This document shows positions 9,801 through 20,019 of a stretch of DNA of 64,000 nt, piece by piece. Under the pieces are notes generated by a model that was not told where the DNA came from, ran no database searches, and was given only the letters and a program-made list of their open reading frames with translations. Position 1 is the stretch's first letter, and every line of letters starts with the position of its first letter. This DNA is from a virus. The position numbers and the translations under genes were made by a program. Where the stretch lies: IMG/VR virus record IMGVR_UViG_3300009128_000008, positions 1 to 64,000 of that record. One strand, given 5' to 3'.

Positions 9801-12235
9801 TAGGTATTAATATAAAATCTTATATACCTATTAAATGTTGTTGCCCCATCTCTATAAGCACGCAATTTTGGAGAGACATTTTCGATATGCCAATTACTGG
9901 TTGCTAATGCATTAGCGTATGGCGTGTCTTCTTCCTGATGGAGCATTCTCGCGCGCTCATGACTAAATGTTTTACCTTCGTCGGTAACATAAATCTCGTG
10001 CAACCTATGATAATCACCAACTGGAGCCGCATTAATAACGTGCGCGTCATTAAAGCTGATAGAATCTTCCGAAAAATAAAGCTTAACTGGTAATGGTGGC
10101 TCAGAAGAAAATCCAAATCCGCTTCCCGTCCCATGTCGACTATTATAAACAGTAATTAGGGTATATGCAGGATCGCCGGGGCACTGAATAAAAGTTACAT
10201 CTTTTATTACAAATCTGCCATAATCTAAATCATAATAAAAAGGATCACTAAATGGAATTGCCGGCTGAATTACAATAGTTTTTCCTGGCTTCAACTCTGC
10301 CGCTCTTAGATCTAAATTGACCAAATACGTCGTTTCTACTGTAAATGGAACTATCGGATTGCGATTAGAAATATACCCATCCCAATAACCATCTCCATGA
10401 ATATCCACCTGAGCATTATATGTTGGCGCAAAACGATCAAGCTTGCGACCATTAACAACATAATGACGCTCCTTGAAAGGCATAATTACCTTAGTCGGCA
10501 TTTGAGCAGACCATTGATCAGGAAATGTAGCCAAGAATGTTGGGCTGGCAATATCTATATGTGCCGCACCAAATCCAAACACATCATAATCATCACCCGC
10601 GCTCTCACCAATAACATTTTCCGTATAAATATCGGTTATTAGCGTCCCGGCATTATTGACGCCTTTAATTATGGCAAAACTGGCTCCCCCAATCGCATCA
10701 GCCAACATAATACCAAACTCACCCTCGTAAGCAAATGCAATAAAGCGATAATTATATCCAATTTCTCGCAACTTATTATTTGTCGCCTGAACAACAGTGT
10801 CTAATGTATAATCTCCGGGAGTTATGCCGGCATTTCCAGTAACATCAATTGCCGGTAAACTAATAACATGATCATTCGGATTTCCAGTTGGATATAGCTC
10901 AAGATATAAATTATAATGTTCATCATCTAATTGGCCGGCATCAAATCCCAATCCAAGCGCCATAGCTCCGCGAGGATGTCCGGCAATCACACTAGCCACA
11001 ACATCAGTAAAGGCTATTGGTGGGGCGGGGCGAGTAGCATTAGCAGAAGCAATAGCTAATACGCCAGCCGTATCAACATCATATAATGGTCTGTCAATTC
11101 TAGCATAACCATCATAGCCGTCCGCGCCATCCACATCAAATAAATTATAACCATTTAACCTAACAACCCATGTGCTGCCTGGCTCATAACGGATTGAATC
11201 AATATAATAAATCGCCTCAATTCCATTGCCATAATTTATACGAATATGATCGCCTGGTTTTGCCTGGCTGAATTGAGAATCAAATACAAAACCGGTGTTG
11301 TCTGGTTTAAATTCTACTATGTCGTCGCCAAGCGCATTATTATCAACCGGACGGTTGTTTGGCGGATGAACTAAAAATGTATTTACCGGAGTTGGCGGAA
11401 CTACCTGCTCCTTATATCCATCTGGCAAAGTAAAACTTTGAACTCTGCCAATTCGAGGCACAGCATTAGCATGTTTTGTTGCCCGATGAATACCTATATT
11501 AAATAGCTCAAAATCATCAATAGCTTGAAAGGCCTTTTGGGCGTCATTAGCTGATATTGGAATTTCGGCGAAACCACTAGTATCAACCATTATCGCTGAG
11601 GCAAAATGAGCATTAGCAATAGAAAGTTCGTGACCAACTAAAGCGGAATTAATTTCATCTAGTGCTTGTGCAGCTTGTGTCCCAGGCCTTAGCGTGCCAA
11701 ATTTATCCCTAATCCCGTTCCAAACATAGAGCGGATCCCTAGGATCACTTGGCACCGCGTTTAAGTCTATCTGACTCGCCACATGTCTAGCGGGAGAGCC
11801 ATCAGTAAGGAATTGCGCGCCAGTGATATGGGCGTTCAAATCAGAAAATGTAGTATTTGCAAATGTTATTAAAGAATTTAACAAGGCGGAATTTGCAGCA
11901 ATCAATGTATACAAATCCGATGTCGAATGGTCCAAAGTTAATTTAGACTCAACTATTCCCGCATGTATTCCAACTTGAGCATTATCAATAGGTAACGTAG
12001 CCAAACCAACAGATGCTAACGCAGAGGCCCTAATTGTACCATTTGGATTTAGAGATACGTTCAAACGATCTGCAACTGTCTCTAAACTTCCAGACGGATC
12101 GGTTCCAAGCTCGGTCTCAATAGCAAAAACCGCATCTCGTAGTTGGTTTATACTCTCCTCGCCAACTTCGCTTATATTATCATCGACACGTACAATAGTG
12201 GTGTCATCATCGATTGCAAAAGGGTAAACTGTCAT
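6833..12235 (-). CDS. Large fibre/spike protein with a parallel beta-helix C-terminal half
   Basis: N-terminal 'YPFAIDD…INQLRDAVFAIETELG' attachment-like motif, HxASxI repeats, repeated I-x-x-N strands, C-terminus YRW. Confidence 0.6.
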   Translation of the reverse strand: MTVYPFAIDDDTTIVRVDDNISEVGEESINQLRDAVFAIETELGTDPSGSLETVADRLNVSLNPNGTIRASALASVGLATLPIDNAQVGIHAGIVESKLTLDHSTSDLYTLIAANSALLNSLITFANTTFSDLNAHITGAQFLTDGSPARHVASQIDLNAVPSDPRDPLYVWNGIRDKFGTLRPGTQAAQALDEINSALVGHELSIANAHFASAIMVDTSGFAEIPISANDAQKAFQAIDDFELFNIGIHRATKHANAVPRIGRVQSFTLPDGYKEQVVPPTPVNTFLVHPPNNRPVDNNALGDDIVEFKPDNTGFVFDSQFSQAKPGDHIRINYGNGIEAIYYIDSIRYEPGSTWVVRLNGYNLFDVDGADGYDGYARIDRPLYDVDTAGVLAIASANATRPAPPIAFTDVVASVIAGHPRGAMALGLGFDAGQLDDEHYNLYLELYPTGNPNDHVISLPAIDVTGNAGITPGDYTLDTVVQATNNKLREIGYNYRFIAFAYEGEFGIMLADAIGGASFAIIKGVNNAGTLITDIYTENVIGESAGDDYDVFGFGAAHIDIASPTFLATFPDQWSAQMPTKVIMPFKERHYVVNGRKLDRFAPTYNAQVDIHGDGYWDGYISNRNPIVPFTVETTYLVNLDLRAAELKPGKTIVIQPAIPFSDPFYYDLDYGRFVIKDVTFIQCPGDPAYTLITVYNSRHGTGSGFGFSSEPPLPVKLYFSEDSISFNDAHVINAAPVGDYHRLHEIYVTDEGKTFSHERARMLHQEEDTPYANALATSNWHIENVSPKLRAYRDGATTFNRYIRFYINTYTVASGEYDGYIGQRDPFGDGIFNVGPLTTGRKDVPTRFYDETYNDYIDLVFLDLTAAFPGDPILGSAVPRYVDIEIFPSLRLQDELMILATCEVNWRPDSDTYIVERAQDRRQFGSVDETDFTTSAIEFITSGDRHLHPNGVLRGLDLDYIATTPSGTSEVFFKGGLALVNGHISVINNMSATIPEIFPAGTPYPPPPPISVLWAVCANEHNGLETILITTTKTQYFAETPAGQTYYVPSVTFTELINTRQDLTPIALIVADISSVNITEGDVEDVRKFVDHEGANHPLTWTTEDFVGNFHCVEALKNWINRYDVGQFGVNDSTGGVQKVRVRGVWDVDSTIDLSGFTIPVVFEGDGAVFNVTVPQGFIIDSFVSLYGINFVYNPEGSYTPDDKINIGNGCIYREPQSGANGLSHMMRIERCIFVSEVTSQRPPFINFELNRDDWVSNVRVTDNQFNDADDATAKIQAAIVFVNVDGAGSGPSVLHNTWIENNRCNFAQGIYVISPTDFVGGVITGYGLRTANVNICKNHCGVIGFLTSGVEAASATLLSGVDFTNGLNISENTCHYIASLDTLGDSIFGLGDSAYTSGNVVIDKNNCNWIFAKIQQTAATTASSVQITNNTLRAYNTTYLEDTFWYGSSIVLRAENSAIFVSDYMSTEESIREIIGNNIDQDVVDGVTYQYNNGISASGPSLITNNIIKNFVLDGATASSGYGIFLDDIGPATEDMKVVTNNKIYRGTNDIYAYITGGGWVDHALVVDNYFDNYFVAASAPPVDTDVIKNRGDNWVVERNINQTETIHVHGHEGTWASSEIGAGDGFAFFFGDTNAPDPASNPDITGVAAVMSIGNSPDMFREVFFIVYDRSITTDARFMHYYIDLESYLPKNTYFVQAETRMTVSDDFDTLDYILAVMTHNGPGVPQAGAPTDISSAGTYDITTTAPDSSFRTGVGKSIALLLYWELESAASGDTKKFVAVGDHTIQKAVDITYRW

Positions 12236-12280
12236 TTGTGTAACCTTTTAAAATTATTCAAGATTTTCAAACTGTCTTTA

Positions 12281-12646
12281 TTATTTGGTGTATGGGCCTG
12301 ATGTATTATTCTTCCCTATCTTCTTCATTATATTTTGCTTAACTAGTCTATAAGTCAAACCGCTTATTAGGCCGCAAAATATACCAAAAAACACATGCGC
12401 CGTAGTACTTGTAAATAACTCGGGATAAGGATAACTAGAAATCAGCCATCCCGCCGTTCCACCAAACACCATCGGCATGAGCGGCAACAAAAGCTCTTCC
12501 CATACCTTATTTAGCTTCGTGTCTTTTTTGTTTAATTTCGGAAAGATAAGGCTCAATCCCTTTCTAACAAGCCATACCACGCCAAAAATAACTAAACAAA
12601 ATACAATTATAGATAGAGATTGTTCTATCAGATCCATCGCTAACAC
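12281..12646 (-). CDS. Small membrane protein with three hydrophobic helices (holin-like)
   Basis: Three hydrophobic segments and a basic C-terminus. Confidence 0.45.
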   Translation of the reverse strand: MLAMDLIEQSLSIIVFCLVIFGVVWLVRKGLSLIFPKLNKKDTKLNKVWEELLLPLMPMVFGGTAGWLISSYPYPELFTSTTAHVFFGIFCGLISGLTYRLVKQNIMKKIGKNNTSGPYTK

Positions 12647-12704
12647 CCTTATTTTTATTACAAAATTACCTGGTCAAATAAATATGGAATTATGCCGTTA
12701 AATC

Positions 12705-15700
12705 TTACCATCTATAATGTACTCGCAGAACTTTTACCTCAATAGAACATGTGCTTCCATGCGATAAACTACCTAACATACGAAACATAGCTCTATGACC
12801 ATTTCCCACAAGAAAGTCATTATTTGGAGGCGTCATATATAATGTTTCTGTGCCAGTGCCAGAAAATGACACATTATCAGAGTCGCCGGCTGCACTGTCA
12901 TGATTTAATACGCCAATAAAATTAGAAGCTGCCGGAACATTAACAGCACGCAAGTCTAACTCTACATGGACTATACGCACTCCATGTGGAATCACCGACT
13001 CAAACTGAAGCAACCATTTAGGATACCTGGTAGCACTTCCTCCAGCTCCATATGCAATGGTAATTTCTTGCATATGAGTGCCGGTTGCCCCAACATACGA
13101 ATCAGCAAAGTCTCCCCACACGATCTCGCCAAACATAATAATCGGATCTGGCCCCATACCCCAAGTACCACAACAACTTGGCGTAACCTGCACAATGGTG
13201 GTCATATTTTTGTTGCGCTCAAGAACCCACTTATTATCGGGTATAGTGTTATCCCATATCAGAGTTTGTGTAACACCATCCCATGTGAAATCCGAGAACG
13301 CATTATCGACCATCATCCCGCGACCAGATGTAGCGCTCAAATAAATAAACGGACCTGGTAATGGATTTGCATCACCAGTGGCCGGATCTCTCCTCGAAAA
13401 GATATTATCATTAACCAAGGCTTCGCTATATGGCGCATCAGTAGATGGCACATTATCAATATATAAAACACCACCAAATCCTGCCCACCCCATAGGGGGA
13501 ACAATACTGTACATAGATAGATTGTTACCATGGATTTGCATGGCCGAACTCTTACACCAAACACATGTTGTATCGTCTCCAGGATTTACAGGAGGAACAT
13601 AATTAATAATATCAACTATATTTCCTTCAATAACAACTTTACGTATGGTGTCAGTATTATCTGAAGAAAAAGCATCGTAATTATTCACATAAATACCAGT
13701 CATACTTGTCCACGGAGGAATTCCTATCTCATAAGATATTCCGTAAACCCTATTATCGCAAATATTCACCTGATACCCAGGGGCATACACATTTATCATA
13801 CCAAGCTGAGTATACCATGCTCCGTCTGCATTATAATGAAATGCTGGAAATGGTTCGCCTTCTATCCTCTGACTTAGTGTATTTCCATGAATTTTTACTA
13901 AAGGATCTGTTGCAGTATAGGGGTTTAGAAAAGAAACGTCAATATCGATATCAATTAAGATGTGAGTGATATCTACTGCATTACGGGCTGCTTGGAAATC
14001 AGAATCAGATATTATAATATTTCCCTTGTTGGTAGGATCTGACGAGGCATCTACTGAGACCTGTAATGGCAATCCTCCCCCCATAAATTTACAATCACTC
14101 AATTTAAATGATTGTTCCGGAAATGCCAACAATACTGGTAGTGCATATGGAACCCCTAAAACCTCAAACGTAGAATGTGGGCCATGAATCACACAATTTT
14201 CTACCGTTATATCGCGGGACTCTATTAGTATAAATGCATCAAAATCGCCACTAGACAATAATGGGGCTGCAACCGGACCAACGGCTTGAAATCCCTCATC
14301 AGCAATTATGATACAATCTCGCAATGTAACTTTAGCATCGTCCTTCTTAATCCAAAAATAATTATCATCACCAGTAGCCGGAGACAATGCTGTTATAGTC
14401 TCACCAGTCAAATCCATCACACACTTATCCACCAAAATATTCGGGCGTTTTTGCGGACCAGATTGATAATTAATTACCGTATTATCACCAATACCACAGG
14501 CGTATCCATTACCCTCAAATATACAATTTTCTAAGGTGGTAGAATTCACCGCCGGTAACAACACGCTAAGATTGTCTGCAAAAGTTCCATCTTGCTGAAA
14601 ATTACAGTCTTTAACTAAAACATTCTCTGCACCCGTAGCAACATTTGTAATTCCGTTAATATATAAAGCGGTATTTTCAAATATACAGTCTTCTACATGA
14701 ATCGCATGTCTCCTTTCAAGATTCACCCATAATGAATGAAAAGTTGCGGTAGATTCGCTCTGTATATTAATATGTTTTATTGAGTTTGCAATCTCAAAAT
14801 ATCTATTACCCAAAGGATCGGTGGTTACATCGGCAATATTTAGATTAAAAATTGGATATACATTACGCAACTTATTTCCAACAAAATTGTAATCTCTTCC
14901 GCCAGACTGTATGGTAATATCATATGTGCCGGGATTTACCACCACCGTTAGGGGGTATTGAAAGTCTGCAGACAGAATTAAATCTATCGCGTCATCACCA
15001 ATAAAATCTCCACTGGCCCTAGTTGTCCCCCCTTCTGCTTTTCCGGCTATTACATACCACGGATTATGTACGTTAGACCCCCAATTATTACCGGTCATTG
15101 TGGTTTTTAGAGATATGCCTAAGGTCAGATCTACCATAAATAACAGCGGAGTTTCAAAAGTGCCGACAGGACTGGGGGAACCAGTATTTCCAACAATCAC
15201 AATATCAACATCGTCTCCCCCAACACCAACCGTATCCACCAGAAAACAAATCCAAACTGTAGATGGATCGGGATTATTATCTTGTCCAACAACAAAATTA
15301 TTAGTAAGAGTTGCATTACATAAGCTCATCGCAACAAAGCAATTTAAAGAACCACTCGTTGGCGCGGCCTCCTCCCCAAATACTCTTGCCCTGCATTTAT
15401 CGATTACTAAATGATCGGCATCTCCATTGCCAGGATCAAATCTTACAGCAATTTGAAAACCGTCAAAAAAACATCTTTTCAATGTTAAATGAGTCGGTTC
15501 CGTACTTGCATCAACATACCCAATTGCTCGTTGCGTTTTCAGCCTGCCAGTAACCGGGCCATTATTAACCCTTCCAATAAATTTAACATGCTCACAAGTA
15601 AAATTGGACCCTCGCTCACACAATATCATGGGGTTTAGCGGCATTGTAGCAATTGGCTCGCCAGCTACTTGAACGTTACGATCTAAATTATCGCCTATAA

Positions 15701-16283
15701 TTAAGTTATAAAATCTTGTTGAATCTAATGGCGCTCCTGCCTCTAAATCTAATTCTGTAGGTGTGCCGCCATCACCGCCAATAGTTGTGCTAAGAGCTGT
15801 GGTTGAAATCCTAAACATAGGAATCTGATTTGTCTCCCCAACAATTATGGTGCCGGCTATCTCTCCCATAATAGAAACACCAGCAGGAACAATAATTGTA
15901 TTAACAACCGTATATTTACCCGCCAATATTAAAACAATACCGCCATCTGTCAATCTAGTATCATTAAAGGCCGCTTGCATAGCATGTTCAAATGTAGGTA
16001 AACCAGGCTCGCCAATATTATATGATCCCTGGGCATTTCCGCTTAAATCCCCAACACTTACAAAGCCTGACCCACCAGAGGCTATACCAACAGCCAACGC
16101 TTCTAAGGTTTCTTGCACAGTATCATCATGCGGATATAGAATTAATGGAGGATTCATATCGGTCTGATCAGCGGTATGCCTCCAATCGCCTCCAGTATGA
16201 TGCGCAATGAAATCTTGTTTATGGGTTGCCATTTGGCCGCCCTGCTGAACCCTGTTTGACCCTATAAATCTTCTAATAGCCAT
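12705..16283 (-). CDS. Beta-helix (pectin-lyase-like) spike/fibre protein, C-terminal paralogue of 6833..12235
   Basis: 'GGIVLILAGKY…TIIVPAGVSIMGE' beta-helix cap, CxF/N ladders, shared 'W(V)xERNxNxT' and terminal YRW. Confidence 0.65.
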   Translation of the reverse strand: MAIRRFIGSNRVQQGGQMATHKQDFIAHHTGGDWRHTADQTDMNPPLILYPHDDTVQETLEALAVGIASGGSGFVSVGDLSGNAQGSYNIGEPGLPTFEHAMQAAFNDTRLTDGGIVLILAGKYTVVNTIIVPAGVSIMGEIAGTIIVGETNQIPMFRISTTALSTTIGGDGGTPTELDLEAGAPLDSTRFYNLIIGDNLDRNVQVAGEPIATMPLNPMILCERGSNFTCEHVKFIGRVNNGPVTGRLKTQRAIGYVDASTEPTHLTLKRCFFDGFQIAVRFDPGNGDADHLVIDKCRARVFGEEAAPTSGSLNCFVAMSLCNATLTNNFVVGQDNNPDPSTVWICFLVDTVGVGGDDVDIVIVGNTGSPSPVGTFETPLLFMVDLTLGISLKTTMTGNNWGSNVHNPWYVIAGKAEGGTTRASGDFIGDDAIDLILSADFQYPLTVVVNPGTYDITIQSGGRDYNFVGNKLRNVYPIFNLNIADVTTDPLGNRYFEIANSIKHINIQSESTATFHSLWVNLERRHAIHVEDCIFENTALYINGITNVATGAENVLVKDCNFQQDGTFADNLSVLLPAVNSTTLENCIFEGNGYACGIGDNTVINYQSGPQKRPNILVDKCVMDLTGETITALSPATGDDNYFWIKKDDAKVTLRDCIIIADEGFQAVGPVAAPLLSSGDFDAFILIESRDITVENCVIHGPHSTFEVLGVPYALPVLLAFPEQSFKLSDCKFMGGGLPLQVSVDASSDPTNKGNIIISDSDFQAARNAVDITHILIDIDIDVSFLNPYTATDPLVKIHGNTLSQRIEGEPFPAFHYNADGAWYTQLGMINVYAPGYQVNICDNRVYGISYEIGIPPWTSMTGIYVNNYDAFSSDNTDTIRKVVIEGNIVDIINYVPPVNPGDDTTCVWCKSSAMQIHGNNLSMYSIVPPMGWAGFGGVLYIDNVPSTDAPYSEALVNDNIFSRRDPATGDANPLPGPFIYLSATSGRGMMVDNAFSDFTWDGVTQTLIWDNTIPDNKWVLERNKNMTTIVQVTPSCCGTWGMGPDPIIMFGEIVWGDFADSYVGATGTHMQEITIAYGAGGSATRYPKWLLQFESVIPHGVRIVHVELDLRAVNVPAASNFIGVLNHDSAAGDSDNVSFSGTGTETLYMTPPNNDFLVGNGHRAMFRMLGSLSHGSTCSIEVKVLRVHYRW

Positions 16284-16451
16284 TTTTCACCTAAAGTTGA
16301 TATACCACACTACAATGACAAAATATTATGCGAATTTTATTAATAAACTTACGGAAATGTCGAGGGACACATGACATAATGATTCATTGTATGCATAATT
16401 AAATATATGTATGAGCCAAGCAACATATCAGCTAAATTATAATAGGAACTA

Positions 16452-17456
16452 ATGAGAAACTCTAAGGACAAAATAAATATAGACAAAAACTTACTAGAAA
16501 AGTTATACAAAAAATATAAATCTTGCAGAAAAATTGCTAAAAAACTTGGAACAAGTAAAAATACAATAAGAAGGCGTCTTCATAAATACAAAATTAAAAT
16601 TAATAAACAGCCAGACTACTCAAGCTTATTTTCGAAATCAGAATTAGCTGCCTTATATAAAAAATACAAAACTATAAAAGCTGTTTCTAAACATATAGGA
16701 TGCTCGCACAACACTGTAAAAAAACTATTACAACAATATGATATCAATTATAATACTAGTGCTAGAAAAGATTTTTTTAATGAGCGTTTCTTTTCTAAAC
16801 ATACAAGCGCCAATCGCCAAGACAGAATAAAAACATTATACTGGCTAGGTTTTATTGCCGCCGATGGATGCGTCTTAAAAAACCGAAATATGTTATCAAT
16901 AAACCTATCTACAAAAGACCAAACACAACTAGAACAACTAAAGCTGGATATTAATTCCACAGCAAAGCTTTATACCTTCGAAAATAAGCAAAGTAAATAT
17001 AATTCTAAATGGAATAATTCAAGAGTATGCTCAATTCATTTGCAATCAGAAATATTAATAAATGATCTAAATGCTTTCGGAATAACTAACAATAAAACAC
17101 ACAGTTTAAATTTTCCTAATATAATCTTAAACCACCCAGAAATATATGCATTTTGTCTGGGATATTTTGATGGGGATGGGTGCGCATACATAACAAGAAA
17201 AGGGCAATTATTTTTTGACTTGTGTGGTACCGAAAGTTTTCTTAATACATTTAAAAAAATTATAATAGATAATTGCAGCATGCCCGAAAAACAATCTAAT
17301 AAATTACAACACGGAACAAACATTTATCATCTTAGATTTAACGGTAATAATGTCTGCTCCAAAATTTTTAGATGGATGTATCAAGGGGTAATCCATAATA
17401 ACGATTTTTGTATGGCGCGGAAATACAAAATCATAAAACCATACTTAACTCTTTAA
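16452..17456 (+). CDS. Free-standing HTH + LAGLIDADG homing endonuclease
   Basis: 'YWLGFIAADG' and 'FCLGYFDGDG' motifs, two N-terminal HTH repeats, AT-rich, opposite strand to its neighbours. Confidence 0.85.
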   Translation: MRNSKDKINIDKNLLEKLYKKYKSCRKIAKKLGTSKNTIRRRLHKYKIKINKQPDYSSLFSKSELAALYKKYKTIKAVSKHIGCSHNTVKKLLQQYDINYNTSARKDFFNERFFSKHTSANRQDRIKTLYWLGFIAADGCVLKNRNMLSINLSTKDQTQLEQLKLDINSTAKLYTFENKQSKYNSKWNNSRVCSIHLQSEILINDLNAFGITNNKTHSLNFPNIILNHPEIYAFCLGYFDGDGCAYITRKGQLFFDLCGTESFLNTFKKIIIDNCSMPEKQSNKLQHGTNIYHLRFNGNNVCSKIFRWMYQGVIHNNDFCMARKYKIIKPYLTL

Positions 17457-19069
17457 GGTAAAATAATTGTGTGCGTATGACCCAAAACAGGAGTTACTAC
17501 CCCCGCAATAATTTCATGTGAATGATCAGCAGAAATACTCGATGTCTGTGTTATTTGTGCAATATTTGTGATATTTTCACTTATCCTCACCGAATGTAAA
17601 TGCGGTATAGTGCTTGTTCCAGGGCCTCTCAACATACCAATCGAAGTAGAAAGATCTTGTGGCATTGTAGCAGTATTATCAGCCAACTTAATTTGGTAAA
17701 TAGGATCTGTACGGCGAACTCTCTCAGCACTAAACTTCTGAGCACCACTAAATCCCTCAAATATCTTATTTCTAGTTACATTAAGAATTTCATATGCATA
17801 CTGCCTCATACCATCTTCATCATATCGCACCAAAACATCACGGTCTTTAACTGACGGAACCACTAACGTCCAACAATTAGGAATAAATTTTGACTCTAGA
17901 CCAGCCCGATCCAGTAGCAAATCGTCCTCAGCAGGCTCGAATCTCACAAAAATCCTGCCATCACTTCTGCGTGGATTAAAATACTGCTCATACCCCATAG
18001 TAAATCCAGTGCCATAACATAATGGACATCTGGCCTCTGGATATTCAGCGGTAGGAAGGAAACAAGAACATCTAATCCCTGTATGTACTCTGCGCAATAA
18101 CATACAACTTTCACCAGTGCTCTCCAACATCATTTCTTCCCTAGCATGGCTCTGCTCGTTTATAGGAATTCCGCGCAATTGCCGACCAACGCCCAAATAT
18201 CCGTCAGCACAATATAGCTCTCCACCAATATAAGTACCAATACAAGTTCCACTAACTAACATAGATAAATCAGTTCTATGCCACCCAGCATAATCATACG
18301 GCCTAAAATCTGTTTGAGTTGCATCATTGGCCGACATATCAGTAGTTAAAATGTCAGTGTCTACAACCCTATAACCATCTGTAAGTGTGTAGGCATAATT
18401 CGGATATGTAAAATTAGCGGCTTCCATTGCCACGACTTGATTTTCTTCCTCAAAACCTATAAAAAATCTAATAATTGGACTTTGTATCCGAACACCATCA
18501 TATCCATCTACATTATGCATTCTGGCCGTTGTCTCATAATAGCCACGATAATCAGGATCACTAAGTAACAATGAGCTATTAGGAATATCTACAGAATCAT
18601 ACCTAATTAATTCCATCCCAATCTGAACAACACCAAATGCGGGGAATAAATTGATGTCAGATATTGGTATAATTAAATCGGTCTCAGTAATATTGCTTAA
18701 TAAAAGAGCCTCCGGATAAACTCTAAGATTATATCCGTCATAAGCTTCTGGTAACAATGTGGGGTTATATACGTTTAAGTCATACTCAAAAGCTCTTACG
18801 GCGAAATAATACATCTCACCAGGAGTTAGGTCTCTAATTTCGGTTCCCCAGTACCCATCTTCAACATAGACAAGTCTTACACCATCAGAAAACACATTAT
18901 CTCTAACTGTTGAATAATAAATATTATATGCCACATTAAAGCCATACGTGCTCTCAAAAGCACGTTGCCATTGAATAGCTATTCTATACCCATCTCCTCT
19001 AGACACAGCTTCTTGTATGCCTGGCCCAGAGTGTGGTACATAAATTGGATGTCTAAGTATACACGCCAT
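17453..19069 (-). CDS. Neck/head-closure-like virion protein with FN3-like N-terminus and Zn finger
   Basis: 'YNIYY…LTPGEMYYFAVRA' FN3-like; 'RCSC…RCPLCYGTGF'; His-rich C-terminus (HLH, HSH, HTH). Confidence 0.55.
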   Translation of the reverse strand: MACILRHPIYVPHSGPGIQEAVSRGDGYRIAIQWQRAFESTYGFNVAYNIYYSTVRDNVFSDGVRLVYVEDGYWGTEIRDLTPGEMYYFAVRAFEYDLNVYNPTLLPEAYDGYNLRVYPEALLLSNITETDLIIPISDINLFPAFGVVQIGMELIRYDSVDIPNSSLLLSDPDYRGYYETTARMHNVDGYDGVRIQSPIIRFFIGFEEENQVVAMEAANFTYPNYAYTLTDGYRVVDTDILTTDMSANDATQTDFRPYDYAGWHRTDLSMLVSGTCIGTYIGGELYCADGYLGVGRQLRGIPINEQSHAREEMMLESTGESCMLLRRVHTGIRCSCFLPTAEYPEARCPLCYGTGFTMGYEQYFNPRRSDGRIFVRFEPAEDDLLLDRAGLESKFIPNCWTLVVPSVKDRDVLVRYDEDGMRQYAYEILNVTRNKIFEGFSGAQKFSAERVRRTDPIYQIKLADNTATMPQDLSTSIGMLRGPGTSTIPHLHSVRISENITNIAQITQTSSISADHSHEIIAGVVTPVLGHTHTIILP

Positions 19070-19141
19070 TATATCGATATGTCAAAATAGCAGCATAAAT
19101 AAAGTTATATTATCTGGCTTTTAGGATTCTTTTTCTAATTT

Positions 19142-19648
19142 TTAATCCTCATCAAACTTACCCATCAATTCTTTAAATCGTTTTTTTCTCTCCTTTTGTG
19201 GAATCTCGTGGTGGTCTAATACCTTATCTACATATTCTTCGGCCTCATCATCCCCTTTAATATCAGATATATATTTGGTCTGATTTTGAAACCCCTCCTG
19301 CTCAAATTCGTTATCTAAATAGTGTTCTCCGGGTTCACTATGGGTCGGTCCGTCTCCAAAACACTGCTGAAATACGTGAGTTAATTCATGTATCATATAA
19401 TGATCGTCATTACTAAAATCATTATCATCTAAAAGCTTGTAATTAAAATAAATAACACCATGTTCAGTTCTTGCCGAAACCTCAAGGTCTGAAAAACACA
19501 TAGGAATCAGATATATTACACCCGGATCAACTTCATACTCTTCGCATAAATCTAGGTAAACGTCGTTGTCTATGATGCGATCTCTAGATGCATCAATTAA
19601 CTTGAGAAGCTCTTTATGCGGCTTTTTTTGAAGCTCATTCGGCGGCAT
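19142..19648 (-). CDS. HExxH zinc metallopeptidase-like protein
   Basis: 'MIHELTHVFQ' with downstream 'EFEQEG'. Confidence 0.55.
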   Translation of the reverse strand: MPPNELQKKPHKELLKLIDASRDRIIDNDVYLDLCEEYEVDPGVIYLIPMCFSDLEVSARTEHGVIYFNYKLLDDNDFSNDDHYMIHELTHVFQQCFGDGPTHSEPGEHYLDNEFEQEGFQNQTKYISDIKGDDEAEEYVDKVLDHHEIPQKERKKRFKELMGKFDED

Positions 19649-19662
19649 AATACACCCTTGTT

Positions 19663-19995
19663 TTAATGGCTTTCTTCGTAATCGGTAACAAATTTTAGAA
19701 GGGCATAATAATCCAGATCTTCCAGCTCAGGACGGTCAGACACATCCTCCTGTACCGGCAATTCTGTTAGATGATCCATTGCAATTTCTGTAGCAACTTC
19801 TTTATCATCGGTGTGCTCCATCTCTATTTCTGCGCCTTCTTCTAATGCCTCCTGCTCAAAATCATCAGGAGTATGCTCATCAGCTTCACCGCCCATTAGA
19901 ATATCCTTCCATTCACCGTCCACCCAGGCGCCAAGCTTAATTTTGCGCAATTTTTTCTCAAACAAATCGGCTACTTTAGATATTTTCCCCATCAT
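19663..19995 (-). CDS. DUF5661-like protein
   Basis: 'GAEIEMEHT…EIAMDHL…DYY' signature. Confidence 0.65.
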   Translation of the reverse strand: MMGKISKVADLFEKKLRKIKLGAWVDGEWKDILMGGEADEHTPDDFEQEALEEGAEIEMEHTDDKEVATEIAMDHLTELPVQEDVSDRPELEDLDYYALLKFVTDYEESH

Positions 19996-20019
19996 GTCTG
20001 TATGTCATAATATTCACAA

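Noticed and set aside
6833-16283. Autotransporters (beta-helix plus terminal Y-x-W beta-signal)
   Set aside because: No signal peptides, C-terminal domains too short for a 12-stranded barrel, and virion gene context.
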